From the human T2T-CHM13v2.0 reference genome, Homo sapiens, in assembly GCF_009914755.1 (NCBI RefSeq), contig NC_060929.1: a DNA stretch of 64,000 bases; one strand, given 5' to 3'. A program made the translations under genes and the position numbers. Under the pieces are notes generated by a model. That model searched no databases. It saw only the letters and a list, made by a program, of their open reading frames with translations, and was not told the DNA's origin. Positions 30,831 to 43,928 of the stretch are shown here, piece by piece. Every line of letters begins with the position of its first letter. Position 1 is the stretch's first letter.

Positions 30831-33756
30831 GCCATATATATATATGTACATTTTATTGTTGTAATGATCTGTCAGTTACTTTATTTAATAAGTAAAAACC
30901 ATTATTTTCTCTCACTTTCTTTGAAACCTTTGTCAGCTTATTATTCACTATAATAGGTTTTGGTTTCCACATTGGGTGGGTGGGGGTGGGGGGGTGTTAC
31001 TTTTTAAGATCTGTGCTCACTTCTTCCCAACCCATTATTTTATAGTTGCTTTCCCCAGTCCTGGGCCCCTCAACTTTGGGCTGTTGTTCAGAGGAAACTA
31101 GGGAGAGATCATCCCTCAAGTAGCCTAGCCCGATACAAAGTTGAATGGTTATCATTTTTCCTCTCACTATCACAGGGGAGCAGTAGCTATAAAAGTCACA
31201 GCCATAGGGCTCAGTTTCTGATGGTTTATAGTCTTTGTTTCCGGGTGCAGAAGGGCCAATTCAGTGAGTAGTTTAGCGCTGTGAGCCTCGTTTTGATTTC
31301 CTGCAGTGCATGGCCACTCGTCCACCAGAAATAAAACTCAACACCTATTCCTAGAAGTGAAATTAAGCAGACTCATAGTTTTAGCTTTTGTTTCCTAACA
31401 GTAACTTGAAAAGTTTATCTGGTTTTTGAGTATGCCCATAGTCACAAATATAATATAATATGAATTGAAATCATTTTATGTTAGAGAATACTTAATCCAA
31501 ATTACATTTTTGAAAAGATCACTCCTGCAGCTATGTCCAGAATGTATTGGTGGTGCTGAAAGTGAAAGCAATAATGAAAGTATGGGAAAAGAGAGATAAC
31601 CACAATGACGTATTTGGACATAAAGAATTAAAATAATAATGTGAACCATGTCAAGTGTAACTTACCTCACAGTTTAAAGTGACAGTACTCATTACAAGAT
31701 TATTCATTATTAATAGAAATAACAACTAACATAAGGGAAATCCATACCCTTTAATTAATTCCTCTCATTTTTATTCATCTGTTTTTAGGCTTCAACACAG
31801 ATCACAACTATCTTCATTTTTCACCCTCCCTTTATAGAGTTTCATGTTTATGTTGATTTATTTCATTTTTATATTCTCTGACTTTTTTGTCTTTAGGTTA
31901 ATAATTAATCATATTGTTGTGTCATACAAGTCTTTTCTTATTTTCTCAAAAGCAGAATAATGTGTCCAATTTTATTCCAGTAATAACATTTCTGCCATTA
32001 AATAGAATTTAAAATACGTTCTGTCTGTAAACCGCAATGTTGCTGAGTATAAAACAAAATTCAAAACAAAAGGGAAATGAAACTATAGATGAGTCTAAGG
32101 AAATTCGATGACCTCCTTGAATTTCCTTTTGCCTTTAAAGATTTAATACTCATATTCATCACTATAGCTCAGATATTTTGCCTGTACATAGAAAAATAAA
32201 CCATCTTGCTTTTTAAACTTATATTTCCTTTAAACAATCCAAAAACAAAAGGTAAAAGAGCTGCACTGTGACATATATTTTTTATGAAAACAATAGTTTT
32301 CTCAATTGACGTTATTACTCAGTCATTTAGACTGTTCAAGGCAATGAAGATATTGAAAATGTCCAAAATTAAAGAGAAATAGGAGGAGCCTGAAAAAACT
32401 GGCATACACGGTTTTCAGGAAAACATCCTGCAAGCATAATCTAGATCTCACTGCCACGGTCATGGTTATTTAAAGAGTGTCATTACATATACCCTCAAAA
32501 AGCACTGGAATAGTATAGCATGATAAACATCTCACAGGTCACCAGAGTAACCTTAATCAATTTACCAAAGAAAGTAGCTTTTCAATGAAGAGTTTTTAAG
32601 ACATTTAAAAATTCTTAGCTGAAAAATCAATACTACTTTTTATAATTGTTCTATGAGGTGGTTAAAATTATAATTATTCTGGACGTGCAATACTAACTAT
32701 AAATTATCTAAATGCCATGACACATGTGTGAAAAAAATTTTTGTATAATATTTCATTTAGAGATAGAAATATTTACTCAAATATTTTAAAGTCTACAGTT
32801 ATCTCAAAATTTACAAAATTGTAAGTTAATTTGTAATTGACTCTCCTCCTGTTCCCCTCTCCATTTCACCTTGCATTTCTACGTCTTTTTCAATATGGTC
32901 ATTTTCGTTGGGACAAAGAGACAGATATTTATATTCTCTTTACGGTAACAACTTTGCTTGTTACTCTGCCCTCCTACCTTCTTGATGGCATTTGCCAAGG
33001 CTTAACACAGAGCTTTTCTATTTGTACATCTGCCCTTCACCGAACATAAACCATGTGTGGCAATCTCAGATCAAAAACCTACTGCTGGTAGTGGAAAACT
33101 TTGCTGATTGTAATTGAACTTCCTTCTTCCCAGGAACTGTACAACCCGCCCCCAACAACCAAGCTGAGGAGGAACTTTAAATTTCAAAGTTAAGGGAGAA
33201 TTTTCTGTGTGTACATGGCTATGCTGAATATATCTGAAATTCTTGCTATTTTGTCAAGTTACGTTCCTGTAGTTCTTTTTTTTATTTGAATGATAATTTA
33301 TAATTTCTTTAATGGCATATAATTTATTCTTTTCTGACAAATGGGCTTTTTTCTTAATAATTAGTGTACATTTCATAATTCTTTTATTTTTCTCCTACTC
33401 ATTTTTTCCCCTTTTAAAACTGCACTTAAATTTACAGGAGTTATGCTTAAAAGAAAGATAAGTTATTTCTTCCTTTTCATTGAACTAGTTCTCTATAATT
33501 ATTTCACTTCATTCATATTTATTTACATGTGATATATTTTTATTTCCACTAATTAAAATGCAGGAAATTACAAAGATTAATATCAAAGCATGAATGCACC
33601 ACTGGAATTGACCAATAATTTTGTGATGTTTATTACAGCTATATTTTAAAAATAAACATAGGATTGCAAATACAGATGAAGTGCTCTAGAAATCTATCCA
33701 GAGAGAGACAATAAATATTACAAGTTGTTTACATTAGGCAATAATTTTCTACATAT

Positions 33757-34266
33757 TGTGATAAGTAGAATAATGTTCCCACCCCAAAATGTCAGACCCA
33801 AACCCATAGAATCTATGGATAGATCCTGTTACATGGTAAAGGTGAATTAAAGATGTAGATGGAAATAAGTTTTCTAATTAGATGATTAGCTTAAAATAGG
33901 AAGATTATCTTCGGGTTATCCTAGCGTCCTAGTGGGCCCACTGCAATCACACGTGTCCTTTAAAGCAAGAGTGAGGCAGAAGAGGAGTTAGATAGAGGTT
34001 TTTTTGAAGATGCTGTGCTGCAGGCTTTAAAGATGGAGGAAAAGACCATAAGCCAAGAATATTGGCAGCCTTTAGAAGCTTGAAAAGGCAAGGAATTGAA
34101 TTCTCTCTTAGGGGTTCCAGCAAGGAATGCAGCTTTGCCAACACTGATTTAAGGACAATGAGATTTCTAACCTATAGAACTATTGTAGTATATTTGTGTT
34201 GTTTTAATCCACTAAGTTTGTGCTAATGTTTTATAGCAGCACCACTAGGAAGCTAAAACTAATACA
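33757..34266 (+). mobile_element. MLT1D-like MaLR LTR
   Basis: TGTG...AGAATAATG...AAAATAGGAAGATTATC...GGCTTTAAAGATGGAGGA...CCACTAAGTTTGTG...AACTAATACA. Confidence 0.85.
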
Positions 34267-34384
34267 CATCCACTATAAAGGTATGTTTTCAAAAACCATT
34301 AATTGTATTTTTATATAATTAGATTTTACAGTTTATCTATTTCCTTTACCTACAAATCACACTGCCTGATTATATTCACTAGTC

Positions 34385-34700
34385 TTGTCTTTAGTTGCTT
34401 TCATGAGACTGAGTATGACCAATATGATGTGAGTAAAAGCAACCTACACCACCTAAGATGAAGCCTATTGAAAAGATCACAGAAAATCCTCTACACTCTC
34501 TGTCCAACATTTACTGACTGAATACAGAGGAGTAGGAGATCCTAAAAGCTGGAGAACCCCATGATCAAAGGGGGCTTGATACCTGAATGACTGTATGGAA
34601 CACAGCCCTTACTCTTTTTTTTACTGCTCACATGTAACAGTCAGCTGTGACATGACCAAAATTATAAGATAAGTTGCTGACATTTCACATTGTTTAATCC
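34385..34700 (+). mobile_element. Old MLT1 (I/J-like) LTR fragment
   Basis: GACCAATATGATGTGAGTAAAAG and GATACCTGAATGACTGTATGGAACACAGCCC. Confidence 0.55.
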
Positions 34701-35149
34701 TTGTTACTCTTTCTCCTACCTTCTCAAAGGCAGTTCCCTAGTCAGCATGACTTGAAAAGCACAATATCTAATTCTAACTAAATTTTTGAGATTTTCTTTC
34801 CATACAACACTGTATTTGATACTTGATGAGGTTATATAAACATTTAATTACTTATTTCAATTACTAGCAAGACATCATTGTAATAATAAACTATGATGTA
34901 ATATATTTATCCATTTTAGTAGTAGTTTTGGGAAGATATACACACAAACACACATATATGATATATAGATACATAGTAACTGTAGTTTGGAAATATACAT
35001 ACACACAAAAAAAGAGAGATAGACATGTATGAAATAGTTTGGGTATATATATACATACATATAGAACAACTTTGCAAATTCTGAAACAACCACACTATAA
35101 CCAACAATATATCCCAAAACTAATAATATGGATAAATAATTTTTAAAAG

Positions 35150-35930
35150 TTGGTAATAATACAGCTTTTTGGAGATTTTGCCAAATTGCTCTCTGATTTT
35201 TTCTTAAATACTATCAAAACTGAAATCACTACCAACAATGTAAAGGAGCTCAAGTTGTACCTATCCTTGTAATCATAAGGTACTGCCAAAAAATAATAAC
35301 ATACATATAAAATATAAAGTTTCATCCCCAGTTTGTTTTTAATTGCCATGACTATTAGATTAGCAGGGTGGGGTTATTTTGGCATTTTATTGCCTTTGTA
35401 GATCTCATTGCTCTCGATTGCCTGTTAGAATTTTGTGAAAACATTTTTAAAATCTCAGTTTAATTGTCACTCATTGTTCTGAACTTAGTCATATGGCTAC
35501 ACTTGATTCAAAGTGGGAAATTGACATTTAACTTGTATTTTTCTCCCCCAAATAAAAACTAAGCCATATTACAGTGAGAAAAGGATAAGGGGGAGATTGG
35601 ACGAATAGTAGTGGTCTCTATCTTCACCCATTTTTATAAATTTAAGTTGTCTATAAGTTTTAAAAGTAGATGCAGATATATGGAGAGTTGCCTCCAAATT
35701 TATGTTTTAGCTCATTAAAAAAAACTGCTTTCTTCTATCCTATTTTAAGATACTTGCTCTAACATTTTTATAAATGCATTGCATTTTTTAATTTAAAAGT
35801 AACATTTATTCTTCTGATTCAGAAATTTACTCTACTTGGGGTTTTTGTTCATGATGGATATGAAGGAAAAATCTATCTTTTAAAATATGGATAACATGTT
35901 GTTTAATCACCATTTATTAGTTCTTTCCTT
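35150..35930 (-). mobile_element. L1ME 3' fragments (with a possible MLT1 relic at ~35460-35620)
   Basis: GATTTTGCCAAATTGCTCTC, ATGACTATTAGATTAG, TTTAATCACCATTTATT motifs. Very degenerate. Confidence 0.5.
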
Positions 35931-36483
35931 CTCAGTTTTATTTTTTAAAATTTATCTAACAAATACTATATTAATTTGCATTTGATTTAAAAAATAATGA
36001 TTTTATATAACTATTAGGGTTTACGTGAGTGTTAGAAGACTTGGGGAGTGAAGTTTGGGGAGACTCAAAGAAGTCAGGGAAGCTACATCGGGCCAGTTAA
36101 GGAAACAGATACTAGACACTTTTATTAAAAGATTCTCAGTTGTAGTTCTCCTAATGTCAGTAGGAACCTGCAAGCAATTCTTAGGATTCTTTGTTTCCAT
36201 CAACAATCTCAAGCTACAGCTTAAAAGTTATTTGCAAATCACTGTCAAGAAGCTACTATGAATCACAAGTCTGCACATTCCAGATATCTCTAGCCTCATC
36301 TGCTTGGTATGGAATCTGAATCTCATCCCAGAATAGCAGAAGGAAGGGAATTCTAGGAAATACTTCTAGGAAATATGGTATCAGCTTTTTCTCTTTTCTG
36401 CAGTTCAGAAGGAGGACAATAGAAGTGAGAAGAGGGTTGTTTAAAGCCGAAAATTCAACATAGATGCCATGTTTCCACTTCTG

Positions 36484-36652
36484 ATATATACGGATGTTGT
36501 ATATCTTTATACATTATATATTTGTATATATATAATATGTAAGTATATATATATAATTATATCTATAGTATATATAAATATATATAATATGTAATTATAT
36601 ATATATAATATGTAATTATATATATATATATATAATATTACATATATAATAT
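36484..36652. repeat. Degenerate (TA)n/(TATAAT)n repeat
   Basis: Seen directly. Confidence 0.9.
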
Positions 36653-36769
36653 TAACCTTTAGACCTTGACTTGGGCAAGGCTTCTTGAACTATGAAATCT
36701 TTCTAGTTACCTCTGGAGAACAGCCCCAAGTTGTGGGGCTCAGAGTTGAGGGAAGACAACCACATGTAA

Positions 36770-37100
36770 AAAAATGTGAATATTTTCTTGATGGTATTGA
36801 GATAAAGATGTGAATCCAGAAGAACTGTCATAGAAAAGGCTACATTTAAATGTTGCTGGTTTTGAAGATGGAGGGAGCGGGCAATGGGTCAAGGTATGTG
36901 GGAGAAAATGTTCAAGAAACAGAAAAGAATAAGAAAATGGATTTTCCCATAGAGATCCAGAAAGAAACACAGTGATTTTGACACTTTCCTTTTTGGCCAA
37001 AGATACTGTTGCCGTTTTTATAACCTATAGAATTGTAAGATAATAAATTTGTATTGTTAAAGCCACGAAGTTTGTGGTAATCAATTACAGAAGCAATGAA
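36770..37100 (+). mobile_element. MLT1 (D/E-like) LTR 3' portion
   Basis: TGCTGGTTTTGAAGATGGAGG...TAACCTATAGAATTGTAAGATAATAAATTTGTATTG...GCCACGAAGTTTGTGGTAA. Confidence 0.8.
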
Positions 37101-37225
37101 GAAGATTTAATATTTTTATGACTCCATTTTTGAAAAATGGATAATTTATATGGTTATTCATATATTTTATATTTCTGGCAGCAGTACTTTTTTTTTCTAC
37201 AAAAAGAGTTTAGCTCATCTTTTGA

Positions 37226-37543
<318 letters not shown>

Positions 37544-37893
37544 TATTCTCAGATAATTTAATATTTTGTTACTACTCCTAACTTGCTATTGGTGATCGAT
37601 ATACAGACTATTGCATTTAAATGAACATTATTTTTTATTCAGACACATTGCTGAGCTTCCATAATGGTTCTAACAGTGAATAAACTATGAAAGACACTTT
37701 GTCTAGACCAATATTTCCTCACCTACTTACAATATTTTGTTTTTTAAATTTCAGACTCTGTATAGACAAAAAAGACTCTCTAGAATTCCTGATGAAATAA
37801 AAATGAGACCACTAACTAGTGTGTATTAACAGTACAAGCACTCATTGGAAGATCCTTATGTGGTTAAAGATTCTTCCTTAAATTCTTAGTTTG

Positions 37894-37896
<3 letters not shown>

Positions 37897-37928
<32 letters not shown>
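37897..37928. repeat. (AT)n microsatellite
   Basis: Pure (AT) run of about 16 units. Confidence 0.95.
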
Positions 37929-37930
<2 letters not shown>

Positions 37931-39027
37931 TTAAGTTTTGTTAATTTTAGTTAAATTATTACCTATATTAGTTCACAAAATAATATTTTGTGATTTTCTT
38001 TCTTAAACTTTCAGTGTAGTGAGTAACATATATAATTTTTATACTTCAAGTCTTGATGAAAAAAATAATAGTTATTGTTTATTATTTTGCACCTGTTTCT
38101 TAATTCAAGTTACTTATATTTATTTGAGAAGTTTGCATACTTGTGCATGAGATAGATGTATGCATTATACTTTTGTGTACCAGAACATATGGATATGATA
38201 AATTCTGAATTTTGTAAAACAACTGTTACAAGCATATTGCTGACATTTAATGAAACTATTTTTAAAAATTTTAATGTTGTTTAGAACAAAATGTATAAAG
38301 CTAAAAAAAACAATTATTTAGTTTTATTTTCCCTCTCTTCTGCTCTTGTTGCATGTACTCTCATACCCATTCAGTATGAATTGAATGGAGCTAGATTATC
38401 ACATAGCATGCACTTACTGAGGTTTTGCAGTCTTCCTTTCCTTGCAAAGAGTCATGCAAAACAGATACGCAATCAGTGTACCTGTATTTCTTCAATATTT
38501 CAGAAAACCTTGAACTCAAAATGTTAACAGTGACAAATCTTAGACAGTTGCATATATTCACATCTCACTATTATACATAAAGAAAGCTAGCTCTCTAAGG
38601 AACATATTTGTTTGAATTCTGTAATGTAAGATCTGACAACACAGATTTGCTACTTGGCTTATAGATGCTATTAAACACTCCAATCTGGCAAATGTATACT
38701 CAGAGAGATTATTCTCAGAGCAGGGCAGATAGTGTCATAATGGATATTCTTTAAGACAAATCCAACAGCCTAGATAGAGGGAAATGTGTAAAAATATTTT
38801 CAACATCAATCTCAATTCAAAACTCACTTCAAAACTTAGTGAATGGAAGTTCAGTGGAAATTACATTAATGGGATGACAAATAGAATTTTTTTTGTGTTA
38901 TCCTTTTTGCCTAATTTATCATATCTTTTGACTTAACATATATAATGCTTTCAATGCTACCACATTGAAATAGCTGCACAGAGGATCATCAGAGCATATT
39001 AGTATTGATTTTATTATTTGAAATTAG

Positions 39028-39813
39028 TGTCGACAAAGAGTCAAACGCTGTAAAATATTTTAAGAGATTTATTCTAAGCCAAATATGAGTGACCATGGCT
39101 CACGACACAGCTCTCAGGAGGTCCTGAGAACATGTGCCCAAAGTGGTCGGGGTGCAGCTTGGTTTTATAGATTTTTAAGGAGGCATGAGACAATGAAACA
39201 TCAATCAAATACATTTAAGGAATACATTGGTTTGTTTCAGAAAGGCGGGACAACTTGAAAGTGGGTAGGCTCCCAGGCTATGGGTAAATTTATACAGTTT
39301 GTGGTTGAAAACTGGTTGAGTTTTTGTCTGAGAACCTGAGATCAATAGAAAGAAAATGTTCAGGTTAAGATAAAAATTGTGGAGACCAAGGATCTTTTGA
39401 AGTCTCATAATGACTGCCCTTAGAAACAAGAGATGACAAATGTTTCCTATTCAGACCCTGTCAAAGGTGCTAGACTCTCAGTTAATCTATTCAGAACTGG
39501 AGGGGCCTGGAAGGAAAAGATCTGGCTACCTTAGTAGGGATTCTTTACAGATGTGAATTTTCCCCCGCAAAGGATGGCTTGCAGGACCATTTCAAAATAT
39601 GACCAAAAAAACACATGTTTTGGGGGTGAAATATTTTCATTTTATTCCTCATCTTGTAATGTTATGCCAGAGTCAGGTTGGGAAAGAAGTCATGATATAT
39701 AGGGTTAAATAAAACCTATCTGATGAAAATTTATTGTTTGTAGGGCATGACTCCCAAGACCTCTTAGATGGGAATTTGGGTGAGATAAAAAAAAAATCAG
39801 AGTTTAGGCCTAA
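39028..39813 (-). mobile_element. MER4-family solo LTR (MER4E-like)
   Basis: AAGAGATTTATTCTAAGCCAAATATGAGTGACCATGG...CTCAGGAGGTCCTGAGAACATGTGCCCAA...AAAAAATCAGAGTTTAGG with TSD TTAG/TTAG. Confidence 0.88.
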
Positions 39814-40612
39814 TTAGGAATAGAAAGACTGGATTACCTTGACTACTTAGTATATCTAACATTTTTTTTTGTAAGCTGGACTATGGATCACATAGCAATT
39901 TTTGATTTAATATAAAGTCAATTAAAATCAAGACAATCTTCCATTTGATTGGAGTAATTTGGCAGCAGATTCAAAGTTAGAGTAGCCATTTTCTATGTTG
40001 CTTTGCATACTAAGAAATATTAATTGTTACCAATGGTATTTTATTTCTTTTCAATATTTCTAATGGCTGATACCAATCCATATTTTGCAAACATATGTAT
40101 CTACAAGGCCTTCATAATGAAATTTGAGCCATTCAATTTTTTCTTCTCTTCTATTTTGTGTAAATAATTATCATTATCTGTTCCATTGAGTCAGAAAATA
40201 AATCCGAAAGGTCACGTGGTATTGCATATGGGACAAGTAAGCAAGCAGAAAAACAAACTAATACGTAAAATGGAAAGGCCAGGTGCTTAATTGCCTTAAG
40301 TGGTTTCTTTTTCTATTTATTTCAAATAAATGTACGAGGAAGTGTGCATCTGTGTTTGCAAAGAAATACGTTATAAATGGATATTTACATTTTAATTTCT
40401 AAATTTAAATTAACAGAGCAAAGGAAATTGTTCATGTTTATTCTAACTTTAATCATGTTATTCTTTTCTTGCTCTAGGTCTGTTTAAAATTATTCATTTA
40501 ACAACATTTTTTAAGTGGCAAGTGCTAGCCCAGCACTTGGGAGAGATACATCAGTGAACAAAACAGACAAGATCCATGTCTGCAGAGAGATTTTATTATA
40601 TAATAGTATGTG

Positions 40613-40963
<351 letters not shown>

Positions 40964-41257
40964 TTAAGTTATGTATACATTATAAAACAACAAACATTTT
41001 CAAAAAAGCAAAAGAAGAGGGCTGCAGGAAATTGGGAGGGGAGGGATTGGTTTGCTGTGTTAGCTGGGTTGTTCAGGATAGCATTAAGAAGTTGACAAAG
41101 ATTCAAGAAGATGAAGGTATTAATTAAGGAGATGTTTCAAAAAACATTCCAGGCAGATGGAATATCTTGTGCAAAATCACTGAGAGAAACATACCTGGCC
41201 AATTCACAGAACAGGAAGTGGGCCAAGGTCGTTGTTGAAGGTGGACAAAATGAAGAT

Positions 41258-41603
<346 letters not shown>

Positions 41604-42329
41604 TTATGAAATTAAATGGGAAGTCTTCGCAAGGTACTAAGCAGAGAATACCATTAACAGAATGCTGCACTAATCTAGGGGAAATGTGATGAGGTGTAGC
41701 ATTGGGGAGAATGAGAATTCTTCAGTATCTGGATAAATTTTGAAGAAAATATTTCTGGGGATTGAAGTGTGAAGTGGCAGAGAAAAAGAAGAGTAAAGAA
41801 TTATTTCAAATTTTTGTCCTGAGCAACTGGGAAGACGGATTTGGCAGAAATTTAATGGGGAATAAATAGATGGTAATTGAGATCATGAGACCACAGCCCT
41901 GAGGACATGAGATGACACAGGAGTGACTGTAGAAGAGAAAAGTAGATCAACGCTTCACTTTGGATCTTTCCAACATTAAAAACATTAAAGAGAAGCAAAG
42001 ACACCCGCAAAGGACACAAAAAAGGACAAGGCAGTGACATAAGAGGAAAGCCAAAATATGTTGCTGTCCTAAAAGCCAATGAAAGTGTTTTAGGAAGGAG
42101 GGAGTGATCACCTGTGCTCAAATCAGCAAATAGGTTACCTAAGACGAGACTGAGAAATCAGTGAATTCAGCAGTTGGAGGTTATTAGTGATGCAGTGAGG
42201 GAAAAACATCTGTTGGATATAAAAGAAAGAAGTAGACTGAACAAATATGACCTTTCCTTTTTGGCCGTTTGGTACAAAGAAATAGGAGAGAAGCTAGAAA
42301 GAAAAGTTGATCAAGATTATATATACATA

Positions 42330-42717
42330 GGCCAGGCGCGGTGGCTCACACTTGTAATCCCAGCACTTCGGGAGGCCGAGGCGGGCGGATCACGAGGTCA
42401 AGAGATCGAGATCAACCTGGCCAACATGGTGAAACCCCATCTCTACTAAAAATACAAAAAAATTAGCCGGACATGGCGGTGGCCGCCTGTAGTCCCAGCG
42501 CCGCTGCGGAGTCTGAGGCAGGAGAATGGAGTGAACCCGGCAGGCGGAGCTTGCAGTGAGCCGAGATCGCGCCACTACACTCCAGACTGGGTGACAGAGC
42601 AAGACTCCGTCTCAAAAGAAAAACAAAACAAAACAAAACAAAAATTTACACTCCAGACTGGGTGACAGAGCAAGACTCCGTCTCAAAACAAAAACAAAAC
42701 TAAACAAAACAAAAATT
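42330..42717 (+). mobile_element. Alu (Sc-type left arm, Y-like right arm) with duplicated 3' end
   Basis: GATCACGAGGTCAAGAGATCGAG, then GAATGG.GTGAACCCGG.AGGCGGAGCTTGCAG. CpG-rich. The last 71 bp are tandemly duplicated. Confidence 0.95.
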
Positions 42718-43311
42718 TATATATATATATAAAAATATGGGACAAATAAAACCATGTTTTTATGCTAACAAGCTTGATTTCGTACAGAGCAAAATATTGA
42801 TAGTTAATCTGTGGGTATATTTGGCAACTGAATTTTTGTTCTAACTCAGGCAGTTTCGTAGGTGAAGTTGCAAATGCCATTCGTTAAGAAAAGGAAGAGG
42901 AGGTTCAGGGGATTGATAAGCGAGAAGTTGTGAAATAGACATCCGGGAGCATCGGGGAGTCTTTGTGTTGAAGAAAGTCCATAGGATTGACTGGTAGCCT
43001 TAAGGGCCCACTTGAGGTTTGTGGTCCTCTGTTTATTGTGGGACCAGCCATACATGCAAAGTAGAATGTGTCTGCATTCAGCCTTACCTGCTGCATAGAT
43101 ATGGGCATGGAGTAGGCAGATAATTGTATTTAACTAGGGTTGAAGTTTTGCACAGCAGAAATAAGGAAGTAAACAGGGGCTGAGTAAACAAGTGTGCAGT
43201 GAGGACAGTAATTATACTGACTGACAATGGCATTTAATCTGGGAAAGAAGAGGAATGAGGATATCAGTGAGGCTGGGGATGCAGGAAGGAGGTAGGAAGG
43301 ATGAAGAACAG

Positions 43312-43838
43312 CAAAGGTCAGCAAGCTATGGCTTGCAGATGCATTCAGCCTATCAACCGAATTAGTAAATAATGCATAATTGACACAGTCATGCTCTTTT
43401 GTTTAAGCACTGTGTGTAATTATTCTTACTCTACAATGGCAAAGGCCACATTACCCAAAGAGACTGAAATGTTTGCTACCTGGACCCAGGTCCCACATTA
43501 TGATTTTTGTGAACCCCAGTACTTTTAAATTTCTTAGCCCTTCTCTCTCTCTCCGTAATGATTTATAGATATACAGATATAGCTATATATCTACAGGTAT
43601 ATATAGAGATAGATATCTATTGGTCTATATAGATAGATGATTTTTAGCTCTCTCTGCTCTCTGCTTCCATGGAATAGCTCTCTGTCTCAGTAAAATATAT
43701 TATTTATATTTATGTATTTATAATATCTATCTATCTATCATCCGTCTATCTATCTACCTATCTATGTTTCTGAGAGCCTCTGCTTACTGGGCCTCATGGA
43801 TAAGTCTAGTCATTTATAGAAAATGTTTGCCAACCCAA
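43312..43838 (-). mobile_element. MER58A-like hAT-Charlie DNA transposon relic, split by an insertion
   Basis: AGGTCAGCAAGCTATGGC...GACACAGTCATGCTC...AAATGTTTGCTACCTGGACC, resuming at TTTATAGAAAATGTTTGCCAACCC. Confidence 0.7.
43487..43811. mobile_element. MER96B-like hAT relic with internal (TAGA/TCTA)n microsatellite
   Basis: Ends CAGG...ATGATTTTTGTGAACCCCAGTACTTTT and GCCTCATGGATAAGTCTAGTC resemble recalled MER96B termini. Confidence 0.5.
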
Positions 43839-43856
43839 AACCCTAGAAGAGATGTT

Positions 43857-43928
43857 CAATTATATACATATATATGTGTTAAATATACACATATATATAT
43901 ATTTAACACATACATATGTATATAATTG
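43857..43928. repeat. AT-rich inverted repeat (31-bp arms, 1 mismatch, 10-bp spacer)
   Basis: CAATTATATACATATATATGTGTTAAATATA ... TATATTTAACACATACATATGTATATAATTG. Confidence 0.92.
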
